Source: a virus
Direction: 5' to 3' (one strand)
Length of the DNA stretch: 64,000 nucleotides
IMG/VR virus record: IMGVR_UViG_3300028534_000028
Coordinates: 1,124 to 65,123 of that record
Part shown: in pieces, positions 29,672 to 39,159 of the stretch
How the letters are laid out: each line of letters begins with the position of its first letter
How positions within the stretch are numbered: the stretch's first letter is position 1
Made by a program: the position numbers and the translations under genes
The notes under the pieces: generated by a model
Databases searched by the model: none
Seen by the model: only the letters and a program-made list of their open reading frames with translations
What the model was told of the DNA's origin: nothing

Positions 29672-30559
29672 ATGAAAGAATTAAGAGTAGATTTTATAAG
29701 TGATTTGCATTTAGATTTTTGGATGGAGAATTTAAACCCGCAATCTCCAAAATTTCAAAAACAATTACAAGAGTTTGTAGAAATGATTCAACCAAAACCT
29801 GGAAAAGTATTAATTCTTAGTGGTGATCAAGGACATTATTTTTCTCAGGATTCGGCATTACTTTTAGAACTTAAGAAATATTATCAAAATATTTTAATAG
29901 TTCCTGGTAATCATGATAGGTATTTAGTTAGCCATAACCAACAGAAAAAATATCGTTGGGATTCGTTTAAACGACTTTTAGAAATGAAAAGATTCTGCGA
30001 TAAAACCAATGGTTTATATTTTATGGATGGTATTGAAGGTAATGTTATAGTTATAGATGGTTTTAAAATTGGTGGACTTGGCATGTGGCATGATTGGTCA
30101 TATGGAAAAGAACTTGGTTATTCAGAAATCGAATTGGAAGAAATTTGGAAACAAGCTATGAACGATGCAAATTTAATATTTAAAGATTCGAAAAAAAATT
30201 ATACTATTTCTTTTGGATATAATGGTGAAGAAAAAATAGTTCATTTTAAACCGATAGAATTATATAAAGAGTATAGAGAAAAATTAGATAAGATGGAACC
30301 AGTTGATTTAATGTTTAGTCATTATGGTCCAATTATCCCAGATGATATTTCGGAAGATTATAAAGAAGATGAAGTAACTTCATTTTATTATTTCGATGGG
30401 GCTTCTGATATTTTTAGATTAAAACCTCAGTACTGGATACATGGACATACTCATACTAAATATGAAAGTAATCGTTCTGGTACTAAAGTTATTACTAATC
30501 CACTTGGATACCCAAGTGAAAATAGCTATACAACTATCCAAAGTATTTATTTAAAATAA
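29672..30559 (+). CDS. calcineurin-like metallophosphoesterase, intact motifs
   Basis: SDLH, SGD, PGNHD, SHYGP, HGHTH, NPLGYPSE; ATG 29672 has SD AAGGA. Confidence 0.88.
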   Translation: MKELRVDFISDLHLDFWMENLNPQSPKFQKQLQEFVEMIQPKPGKVLILSGDQGHYFSQDSALLLELKKYYQNILIVPGNHDRYLVSHNQQKKYRWDSFKRLLEMKRFCDKTNGLYFMDGIEGNVIVIDGFKIGGLGMWHDWSYGKELGYSEIELEEIWKQAMNDANLIFKDSKKNYTISFGYNGEEKIVHFKPIELYKEYREKLDKMEPVDLMFSHYGPIIPDDISEDYKEDEVTSFYYFDGASDIFRLKPQYWIHGHTHTKYESNRSGTKVITNPLGYPSENSYTTIQSIYLK

Positions 30560-30722
30560 GGATTAAAAATGGTGAAAAATTAACAATGGATGGAACGATA
30601 ACTACAGAAGATCCTATAAAATCTCCGGATGATTTTCAAAAGATTTGCAAGCTATTGATAAAAAATTACAATATTGATGAATTGGTGATTACTAATTTAA
30701 ATTTATTATATGGTGAATAAAT

Positions 30723-31307
30723 ATGAAACAGCAATTTAATAAAACACGAGAAGTTATTTACGAAGGAATGGTTAAAGGTCAGCATCATGTTTTAACTATT
30801 TTTAAAGATGGTCATAAAAAATCACATTACGAATATTATGTTGGAATTCCTAAAAACCATCCATGTTATACGAGTAACCCTATTCCAGGAAGAGGAATTA
30901 TCTCGGATGGTAAAAATAGATGGTTTAAAGATCCAAGTGGAGATAAGGAAAGTGAGTTATATAAAATAAGTAAAACTATTCAATTTAATAGTTCACGAGA
31001 ACTTAAAAAAGCAATTAATAGTTTATCGGAACCTTTTCGAATGTCTCAAACAGATATAAATAAATTTTATGCATATAATATGGCAGCAATGAAATATGCT
31101 TGGCTATCTTTTCATGGAAATATTTACGAATTTTTAAAAGAGGATTATTGTTATTATGGTGGTGGTATGTATATACCAAGTTTTGGGGATAAATCATGTT
31201 TGGAATCTTCTAAAGTGGCTTTAAAATTACTTGGAAATTATTTTTTAAAAGTTAAAGATATTAGTAAAGATTTAGATAAAATAAATGTAAATTTTGAAGG
31301 AGAGTAA
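30723..31307 (+). CDS. hypothetical protein
   Basis: 194 aa ORF. Confidence 0.65.
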   Translation: MKQQFNKTREVIYEGMVKGQHHVLTIFKDGHKKSHYEYYVGIPKNHPCYTSNPIPGRGIISDGKNRWFKDPSGDKESELYKISKTIQFNSSRELKKAINSLSEPFRMSQTDINKFYAYNMAAMKYAWLSFHGNIYEFLKEDYCYYGGGMYIPSFGDKSCLESSKVALKLLGNYFLKVKDISKDLDKINVNFEGE

Positions 31308-31718
31308 ATGATATTGTACTCATTGGAAATCCATAAATGCGATAATTATTTTTATAGTCATGATACCTTTAGTTGTAAAAAAGTAAATGTAATTGATACT
31401 ATAAATTGTGAAAGTATTTATAAAGAAAATGGAAAAATAATTAGAAAAAATAGTTCCATAAAATATAAAATAATTGATGAAAAAGGAATAGAAGAACTAG
31501 TTAATATAAACGATGGAAAATATTTTAAATCATTAAAAGAACTTTTAAAATATTTTAAAAAAGAATATTTTAAAATTTATTCGGATAATTATTATGATTA
31601 TTATATGGATTCGGATACTAAAAATTTAGTTACCTGCGTTTCTAATTTATCTAATCGCGGTTTAGGATTATCCAAAGATCATATAGATTTACAAAAAGAG
31701 TTAAAGGAAAATAAATGA
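31308..31718 (+). CDS. hypothetical protein
   Basis: 136 aa ORF. Confidence 0.6.
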   Translation: MILYSLEIHKCDNYFYSHDTFSCKKVNVIDTINCESIYKENGKIIRKNSSIKYKIIDEKGIEELVNINDGKYFKSLKELLKYFKKEYFKIYSDNYYDYYMDSDTKNLVTCVSNLSNRGLGLSKDHIDLQKELKENK

Positions 31719-32686
31719 AAAAAGTAGAAAAGTTAGATGAACTTATAGATGGAGAATATTATTGGATGCATAGTAATATGATATTCGATAATGGTTCTAG
31801 AAGTTCCCAAATGTTAATTGGGAGATATTTTGATAACGAAGATGGTAGAGCTTATTTTGAAGCTTATTCTGGAGACCGTATTTGGTCGCACGATGGTAAT
31901 AACCAAGCGATGGAAAAATACGATATATATGGACCAATTCCAAAACCATTTTCTGGAAAACCAGAAATTGGACAATTTTCGGATTTTGAAAAAGTATTCG
32001 GAAATAATGAAGAATTGTATTCGATGATAGCTCAAATCAGAGATTATTTTCCAAATGAAATTACAAAATATATTCCGGAGAGTAGTGCCTATAGTTCACC
32101 CGAATGTGTTTTATTCGCTCTTTATAAAAGTCTCGAAGATAAACTATCATCTCAAAAAAAGATAACTAAAAGTACCAATAGTTTACTATCTGTAGATGAC
32201 GTCTCTAAAGAAAATGATTTTGAATTCTTTTGGGGAGGAGTATTTTCACAATGGGCTAAATATAATTTTACGGATGAATATGGGGTAACTTATAACTGTG
32301 CAGAACAATATATGATGGCTCAAAAAGCAGAAATTTTTAATGATACGGAAATGTATAATAAAATTATGGCAAGTTCCGATCCAAGAGAACAAAAAGCATT
32401 TGGTAGAAAAATAAAAGGTTTTAATGACGAAGAATGGGATAAATATAAAATAAAAATAGTCCACAATGGAACATATTTAAAATTTTCCCAACATTTAGAA
32501 TTAAAAAAATATCTTTTAAGTACTGGAAATAAAATTATAGTAGAAGCTTCACCATATGATAGAGTTTGGGGAATTGGTTTAAGTGAAACCGATCCTAAAA
32601 GATTCGATCCAAAATTATGGAGAGGTCAGAATTTGCTTGGTTTTATTATAACTCAAGTAAGAGAACAATTAAAGGAAGATAAATGA
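31715..32686 (+). CDS. NADAR (YbiA-like) hydrolase fused to an unknown N-terminal region
   Basis: FSQW, AEQYMMAQKA, QKAFGRKI, LKFSQH, LLSTG...VEASPYDRVWGIG, GQNLLG. Confidence 0.92.
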   Translation: MKKVEKLDELIDGEYYWMHSNMIFDNGSRSSQMLIGRYFDNEDGRAYFEAYSGDRIWSHDGNNQAMEKYDIYGPIPKPFSGKPEIGQFSDFEKVFGNNEELYSMIAQIRDYFPNEITKYIPESSAYSSPECVLFALYKSLEDKLSSQKKITKSTNSLLSVDDVSKENDFEFFWGGVFSQWAKYNFTDEYGVTYNCAEQYMMAQKAEIFNDTEMYNKIMASSDPREQKAFGRKIKGFNDEEWDKYKIKIVHNGTYLKFSQHLELKKYLLSTGNKIIVEASPYDRVWGIGLSETDPKRFDPKLWRGQNLLGFIITQVREQLKEDK

Positions 32687-33492
32687 AATTTATACAATTA
32701 GGAAATGGTGGTGGATTAGATCCAACTGTTACCAACAGTAGTTTTTTAGTCCAGGTAAAAGAAGATGAATATCTATTATTTGATTGTGGTTTTAATGTTA
32801 TGCAAAAACTTATAGAATTACAGGAAGAATCTTTGCAGAATAATGAACATTTTCATATTTCGAAAATTAAATATGTTTTTATTTCACATATTCATGATGA
32901 TCATGTTGGAAATGTGGAAACATTAATGTTTTGGAATTATTTTAAAAATAATGTTTCTATGACTTGGCTATATGCAAATGAAGAAGTAAAAAATTATTTA
33001 GAAATGAAAATAAAACCAAAATTATACAATGGTGGAAAAGTAGACGAATATTCTATTATTCAATCTAATATTAGATCTGTTTCTGGAGATAGCGATTTTC
33101 CATATATAATTGTTCATCCTAGACGAGAAAACCAAAACACTGCCGAAACTATCAAATTATTATCATTGCAGGAAACCTTTCATGGTGGATGCCCATCAAA
33201 TGGTTTAGTAATAATTAAAGAGTTTGATAATGGTATTACAAGATATAAAACCTGTATTGTTATTTCTGGAGATACTAAAGCGTCACTATACTTAGAAGAA
33301 GAGATATTATATAAAACATCAAACTCTTTTCGTACTATAATATATCATGATTTTAGTGATTGGAATTGTCCAAGTAAAAATGTACATGCATGTGAATCAG
33401 ATATTGTTAACGAGTACTCAGAGGAATTTAGAGAATCTTTAATTTGGTATCATAATAACGATGAGTTTAATGATGGTTGGTTAGATTGGTAA
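32683..33492 (+). CDS. metallo-beta-lactamase-fold phosphodiesterase, Apyc1/RNase Z-like
   Basis: LG.GG, NSSFLV, LFDCG, H69-I-H-D-D-H74, SGDT, YHD, VHA, terminal YH. Confidence 0.8.
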   Translation: MKFIQLGNGGGLDPTVTNSSFLVQVKEDEYLLFDCGFNVMQKLIELQEESLQNNEHFHISKIKYVFISHIHDDHVGNVETLMFWNYFKNNVSMTWLYANEEVKNYLEMKIKPKLYNGGKVDEYSIIQSNIRSVSGDSDFPYIIVHPRRENQNTAETIKLLSLQETFHGGCPSNGLVIIKEFDNGITRYKTCIVISGDTKASLYLEEEILYKTSNSFRTIIYHDFSDWNCPSKNVHACESDIVNEYSEEFRESLIWYHNNDEFNDGWLDW

Positions 33493-33499
33493 AAGAGTG

Positions 33500-33529
33500 A
33501 AAAAAAGAACCTTCGGGTTCTTTTTTTTT
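33500..33529 (+). terminator. intrinsic terminator, probably bidirectional
   Basis: A7-GAACC-TTCG-GGTTC-T9, cUUCGg loop. Confidence 0.9.
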
Positions 33530-33555
33530 GCTAGAAAAAATAAAAAAGGAAAATA

Positions 33556-35589
33556 ATGGAAAATAATATCCAAGATTTCGAAAATAAATTAATTCAATTA
33601 AATAATCAATTTCATATTAGTACAAAAATTAAAGAAAATTTGGAAAATGAAAATCAGATTTTTTTAAATAATTGTGTTGGTATCGAAAAAGAATTAAAAT
33701 TATTAAATGATACTAAAATGCTTTTAGAAACTTTAAAAATACATAAATTAAAGGAAAAAAAGGATTTTATTTTAAATATAGTAAATACAGCGTTAACAGA
33801 TATTTTTCAAGATAATATTAAAATTGCTATAGAACCACAAGAAAGTAAAGGCAAGATTAATACAAGTGGCACTCAAAAATTTGATATAATTTTTTATCAG
33901 AACGATATTGAGTTAGCTAGAAACGAAGAATTACTTATTTCCAATGGTGGTGGTATAATGCAAGTTGTATCAATGCTTTTTAAATTATTAATAGGTTTTA
34001 TTTATTCTAAAAATACTTTTTATATGTTTGATGAAAGTTTTAGCCAATTAAGTCAAGATAACAGAATACGTCTTAGTAAATTTTTACAAATGTTTTGTGA
34101 AAAATACAACTTTACTATAGTAGTTGTTTCTCAAGTTCTTGATTTAGATGAGTACGCAGATATTATTTATAGCGTAAATGTCAAATATGATAATAAAGGA
34201 GTTCGAGAACTAGTATTGGAAGATTCTAAATTTAAAGAAGGTATATTTGAAAGAAATTCTCAGGTTGGTGAGGAAGGAGTTTGGCATATAAATATTAAAA
34301 ATTTCCAAAGTATTAAAAATATAGATTTACGATTTAAAGGTTATACTATAATACGTGGACCAAATAATTCTGGTAAAAGTGCTATACTTAGAGCAGTTAG
34401 TTCAATACTTTATAATTCTTTCAATGTAAAAAAATATCCTCGTAAAGCTGGTGGTTTAGATTCTAAAGGTAATCCTAGTAAAAAAGTACTTAATACGGAA
34501 ATATTTTTAAGAAAAACTTATTCTGTAAATCCAGAAGAGTATAATGGTGCTCTTGGTATTGGTAAAGAAATTGGATTACGTTATAAAAGTTCTAAAGTAT
34601 CCTTTGTTATAGAAGGTGAAGAATACTATGGAAAGAATTTAGCAGCTGAAAAACTTATGGAAAAGATCGAAGAACTTGGATTCAAGTACATAAATATGAA
34701 AGAATTCTATAAAAATTTTAAAGGTAATTTAAAAGATCAAACCGAAAGAATTGCTAGTACTACTCAGTATGATGGATTATTTTTGGTTGGTTCCAAAGGT
34801 AACGAAACCGAAAAGATTTTTAACTTTTTATTTAATACTGAAAATATTACAAAAGCTATTTTAAAAGTTAAAGAAGATATGATACTTTTATCAAAAAATC
34901 ATGAATCTACTCAAGAAAGAATTTTGGAAAATACTTCTAAAATAAATAATGTAAATAACGAAATACAATATTATTTAAATTTATATTATTTAACGATTAT
35001 TGAAAATTTATCTTTATTCGATACAAAAGTATTAACGGATTATTTAAATAATCTTAATTTTGGAATTGATATTAGAAATCGAATTATATTTATTTATCAA
35101 AATAATATAGTTTTATTTAATAGAGAATTTTTAAAGGTAAAGAAAGCTATACAATATATAAACGATATAAAAAATAATATCGTTTTAATTGATGAGCAAA
35201 TTGAATTAAAATCCTACAAAATCGTAATACTTGAAGAAATAAAGTTAAAAATAAATAAACTAGAAATAATCAATAATGATATTCAATTAAAGAAAACCAT
35301 AGAAACATTGGAATTTGATTCAGATACGAAATTAAAAGAGATAAAAGTAATTGATTTTGGTTTAAAAATTAGAGAGCAAATACTTCATAAATTAGAAAAA
35401 TTATCTAAATTAAAAAAATACCTATATCAGTATACAAAAGATTATCGAAATAAAAATAATTTAGAATTATATTTGGAACCAGTTTTAAATCAATTACAAA
35501 TTATTAAAATTAAACAAGAAAATTTATTTACAGAATGTTCCCATTGTTCTGGTAAAGGATTTATATTAAAGGATAGAAATGCAAAATAA
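33556..35589 (+). CDS. sbcC: SbcC/Rad50-like ABC ATPase, circularly permuted
   Basis: Signature SNGGG aa129, Walker B FDES aa158, then Walker A GPNNSGKS aa268, coiled coil, CSHC aa661-664. Confidence 0.82.
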   Translation: MENNIQDFENKLIQLNNQFHISTKIKENLENENQIFLNNCVGIEKELKLLNDTKMLLETLKIHKLKEKKDFILNIVNTALTDIFQDNIKIAIEPQESKGKINTSGTQKFDIIFYQNDIELARNEELLISNGGGIMQVVSMLFKLLIGFIYSKNTFYMFDESFSQLSQDNRIRLSKFLQMFCEKYNFTIVVVSQVLDLDEYADIIYSVNVKYDNKGVRELVLEDSKFKEGIFERNSQVGEEGVWHINIKNFQSIKNIDLRFKGYTIIRGPNNSGKSAILRAVSSILYNSFNVKKYPRKAGGLDSKGNPSKKVLNTEIFLRKTYSVNPEEYNGALGIGKEIGLRYKSSKVSFVIEGEEYYGKNLAAEKLMEKIEELGFKYINMKEFYKNFKGNLKDQTERIASTTQYDGLFLVGSKGNETEKIFNFLFNTENITKAILKVKEDMILLSKNHESTQERILENTSKINNVNNEIQYYLNLYYLTIIENLSLFDTKVLTDYLNNLNFGIDIRNRIIFIYQNNIVLFNREFLKVKKAIQYINDIKNNIVLIDEQIELKSYKIVILEEIKLKINKLEIINNDIQLKKTIETLEFDSDTKLKEIKVIDFGLKIREQILHKLEKLSKLKKYLYQYTKDYRNKNNLELYLEPVLNQLQIIKIKQENLFTECSHCSGKGFILKDRNAK

Positions 35590-36223
35590 TTATTTAAATT
35601 ATTTAAAAAATTTACCTACGGATAACAATATAAAAGTATCCGGACAAAATACTATAAACGATATAACTAAAAGTATAAACACTTCTGGTTTATCTGGAAT
35701 AGAAATTGGAGAAAAATTAATTGAAGATTCCAGTATTAATGAAATAATGGATTATTCGGATTATCAAAATTTGACTAAAAAATTTAAAACGTTTATTGAT
35801 ACCAATTATAAAAATTGGTATCAAATACCAATCGAGAAAAATAATATTTATACCAGTATATTAGAAGAAGCCACTAAATTATTATCTGAATTATTTCCTT
35901 ATAATAAAAACGTTCCTAATGTTAATGAAGCAAACATATTTGAAAATTTATCAAATATGTTTTTTTATATTTATTTAATTTTTATTCATAAAGGCGAAGA
36001 AGTTTCATTATATAGTTTAATTAATAGTTATATTAAAATTAGCGAAGATCAAACCTTTCAAAGGGATAAAGGTATTATATATCATAACGCTTGGGACACA
36101 ATTTTAATACCAATAAGTATTAAACAATACCATTTAATACTTATTAAATTATTAGATTTTTGGTTTGGTATTGGTGGAACTTGGGAATCTCTTAAAAAAC
36201 GATTATCTATAAAATTATTATAA
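35579..36223 (+). CDS. hypothetical protein
   Basis: 214 aa ORF. Confidence 0.65.
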   Translation: MQNNYLNYLKNLPTDNNIKVSGQNTINDITKSINTSGLSGIEIGEKLIEDSSINEIMDYSDYQNLTKKFKTFIDTNYKNWYQIPIEKNNIYTSILEEATKLLSELFPYNKNVPNVNEANIFENLSNMFFYIYLIFIHKGEEVSLYSLINSYIKISEDQTFQRDKGIIYHNAWDTILIPISIKQYHLILIKLLDFWFGIGGTWESLKKRLSIKLL

Positions 36224-36294
36224 CTATTCATAATAATTATATAGATATGTTTATTATATGAATTATTAAATTTATTAAATTAAGGAAAATAAAA

Positions 36295-36792
36295 ATGTCA
36301 AAAAAAATAGAAGAAATTCAAAAAGAATTAATATCTTTAGAAATCTTAACTTTTAGTGAGGATGTTACTGAATACTCGGAAGAAGAACTTAGAAAAAAAT
36401 ACCGAAGTTTTAAAGAATCGTTTACTTTAATAGATGACCTTTCACAACCATATGTAATTAGAACGGTCGTTGGTGATCATAAAGATATTAGATCACTTGA
36501 ACCAGAAATGATTCCAGAATGTGATAGATTTGAAGTATCTGAAAGCGTTCAGGATATTTTAAAAAATAATGAACTACCAGTTTATAAAAGCGAATTTGAT
36601 CAAAATAATATTGCTAATATCGCAAGTATTAAAGAACAGCAGTTAAATGCAGCTATTAAACAAGAAATGTTAAATGGTCTTAAAGCTATGGAAGATGGAA
36701 AAATTAATCCGGATATCGTTAAAGAAGCTAAAGGATTATCCGATAAAGTTATTATCGAGGTTCAACCTGAAGAAGAGAAAACAGAAAAATAA
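36295..36792 (+). CDS. hypothetical protein
   Basis: 165 aa, SD AAGGA. Confidence 0.7.
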   Translation: MSKKIEEIQKELISLEILTFSEDVTEYSEEELRKKYRSFKESFTLIDDLSQPYVIRTVVGDHKDIRSLEPEMIPECDRFEVSESVQDILKNNELPVYKSEFDQNNIANIASIKEQQLNAAIKQEMLNGLKAMEDGKINPDIVKEAKGLSDKVIIEVQPEEEKTEK

Positions 36793-36800
36793 GGATTCTC

Positions 36801-38327
36801 ATGAAAATGGTTAGAAGTAAGCTCGATGATAAACGGGAAAAAAAGATAAAAATTGATTATAACATAGTCGAGCAAAAAATAGAAGAATTTTTAATTAAAT
36901 ATAATATCGATGGGGAAATGGAAATATTTATCCAGAATAAAATCAATAATGAATTAAATATAGATAAGGCATATTTAAATATTATTAATAAAAAAGGTAC
37001 TAGTCAACCACAAGTACAAGTAGAATTTTTTACAGATATAAAAAAATATTTAACTAGTCTTATTAATGAAAAAATTCTTTTGGAAATCGAATATGTTAAA
37101 GCCAATGATTCTGAAGAAAAAGCAGAAGAAATAAAAGAAATATTGAATAATACGCTAGAGGAAATTCCTCTAACTATGTTCGATAAAGGAATTAGTAGAC
37201 CCACTTTAACAGCATATCATTATTTTTTAAAAGTGCTTCATAAAAATACGGAAGCCTATATGGAAAAGAATGGTATTAAAAAAATTCGTAATGTTAAAAA
37301 TCCTAATGAAATATTTTCAAATGAGATTTATAATATAGTTGGTAAAGATAACGAGTTAATGAGATTTACTTTAACTCTTAAAAATCTTATTGAGAACTGG
37401 TTAATTAAATACAGTACTAAATCCCAAATTGGAGAATTTTATTATAATATTTTAATGATCACCCCAGAAACCATTATAGAAAAGATTTTAAAATATTTGG
37501 TAATGGTAGCAATTCGTAATAAGAATCCTATGACTCTTAGAGCCATTTTTAGCTCGTATATAACACTTATACATAAAAATCTATTCTCTTACTACAGTAC
37601 GAATCTTAGTAACGTTAAAGTTGGTTATTTTAAACAACTTGAAGAATTATTTACAGAGAACTTTGATTTAATTTTCGATGATAATGAGAAAAGGGATTCT
37701 AAAAAAACGATAACAGATATCATGATTAAAACTTATCTTATGAAAAATAAACGTTATTTAAAAGATGATTTTGAATTTCTAAATAATGAATATTTTCAAA
37801 GTTTTTTTGAAACTAATTATTACGATGCTATTACGTCATATAATTATAAAACCGAATTCTCATTATTAGATCATATGTATTTTTATGAAACCGCTTATAA
37901 ATATACTAAAAATCATGGAGACGATGGCAATGCTTATGGAGATGAAAAAAATAAGTTACCAGTAAGTTTAGAAAATACTTCCGTAATCAATAGTTCATTT
38001 TTAAAGAAAAATACTAAAAAGAAAAATATTTTATATATTAAAGAAAAACTAACTAAAAAATTATTTAGATACTTCTATAATATATTTGGGGATAAAGAAT
38101 CAGTATTGGAAATTCTTACTAAAATGGCAGAAGACATATTAACCAAATTAAATTTTAATCTTTATTTAGATGAAAATTTAAATAAATTGGATTTAACTTT
38201 TAATGAGTACTTAGATAATATTGATTTCTTTATTGATAAAATTGAAAAAATTATATTGGGTGATGAAAACGAAATTAATAATGGTTCCGATCAAATACAG
38301 GATTTAATTCCGGAAAAAGTTATATAA
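36801..38327 (+). CDS. hypothetical helical protein
   Basis: 508 aa ORF, SD AAGGA. Confidence 0.75.
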   Translation: MKMVRSKLDDKREKKIKIDYNIVEQKIEEFLIKYNIDGEMEIFIQNKINNELNIDKAYLNIINKKGTSQPQVQVEFFTDIKKYLTSLINEKILLEIEYVKANDSEEKAEEIKEILNNTLEEIPLTMFDKGISRPTLTAYHYFLKVLHKNTEAYMEKNGIKKIRNVKNPNEIFSNEIYNIVGKDNELMRFTLTLKNLIENWLIKYSTKSQIGEFYYNILMITPETIIEKILKYLVMVAIRNKNPMTLRAIFSSYITLIHKNLFSYYSTNLSNVKVGYFKQLEELFTENFDLIFDDNEKRDSKKTITDIMIKTYLMKNKRYLKDDFEFLNNEYFQSFFETNYYDAITSYNYKTEFSLLDHMYFYETAYKYTKNHGDDGNAYGDEKNKLPVSLENTSVINSSFLKKNTKKKNILYIKEKLTKKLFRYFYNIFGDKESVLEILTKMAEDILTKLNFNLYLDENLNKLDLTFNEYLDNIDFFIDKIEKIILGDENEINNGSDQIQDLIPEKVI

Positions 38328-38335
38328 GGATTATT

Positions 38336-38872
38336 ATGAAAGCGACTGATAAAATTGGATATGTTGATGTGATATTTGATTCAGAATCAAATAGATTATT
38401 AAACCAGATTATTAAAGATCTTGGTTTAATAAAAGATTTTAATGATAATTTTCACTGTACGATAGCTCATTCAACTAAAGATTTTGACTTTAAATTACTT
38501 GGCGAAGATAAAAATAAAGTAAAAATAAAAGATAATAAAATAATTGTTAAAATTAAGGAAAAATGTACGATAAAAGGTTTCGGTAATTTTAAAACGAATG
38601 AAGGTCTAAATTTTCACGTGGTTTTAGATTGTCCTTTTTGTAAATCGGAATTTAAGAGAAGTCTTAAATCCGGAGCGATGTATAAATACGATAACTATAT
38701 TCCTCATATTACTTTAATGTATAATTGTACTTTACCTGGAGAAGATAAAAGTATTCCTAAAAAATATTTTAAAAATACTTTAATTAAATACATTGGAAAA
38801 AAATTAACTATAATTCAAGAACGTAAACAAAAACTTAATAAAAATTGGGTCGAAGACTCTAAAAAAAATTAA
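38336..38872 (+). CDS. 2H phosphoesterase, Acb1 (T4 gp57B)-like
   Basis: H40-C-T and H124-I-T motifs; GA.Y.YD.Y.PHITL.YN and C-terminal L..NW.ED resemble T4 57B. Confidence 0.8.
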   Translation: MKATDKIGYVDVIFDSESNRLLNQIIKDLGLIKDFNDNFHCTIAHSTKDFDFKLLGEDKNKVKIKDNKIIVKIKEKCTIKGFGNFKTNEGLNFHVVLDCPFCKSEFKRSLKSGAMYKYDNYIPHITLMYNCTLPGEDKSIPKKYFKNTLIKYIGKKLTIIQERKQKLNKNWVEDSKKN

Positions 38873-38881
38873 GGAATTGTT

Positions 38882-39151
38882 ATGACATTAGAAATTAATA
38901 AAAAAGCGATATTAGAGGAATTCGAATTAAATCCTTTTAAAATTTATGCTAAGTATAAAGTAAATAAAGATATGGAAGCTATGCGAAAAGGTTTTGATTC
39001 GTCAAAAAATATTAAACCAGAAATGGTAAAAGATTCTCCTAAGGTTGTTAGTATTGAACCAGAACATACTGGCACTTTAGAAAATACTATGTCAAATATA
39101 CATAATCATAATGCTGCGTTAGAAGACGCTATGAAAATGTTAAATCATTAA
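38882..39151 (+). CDS. hypothetical protein
   Basis: 89 aa, SD AAGGA. Confidence 0.65.
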   Translation: MTLEINKKAILEEFELNPFKIYAKYKVNKDMEAMRKGFDSSKNIKPEMVKDSPKVVSIEPEHTGTLENTMSNIHNHNAALEDAMKMLNH

Positions 39152-39159
39152 GGGGAAAT

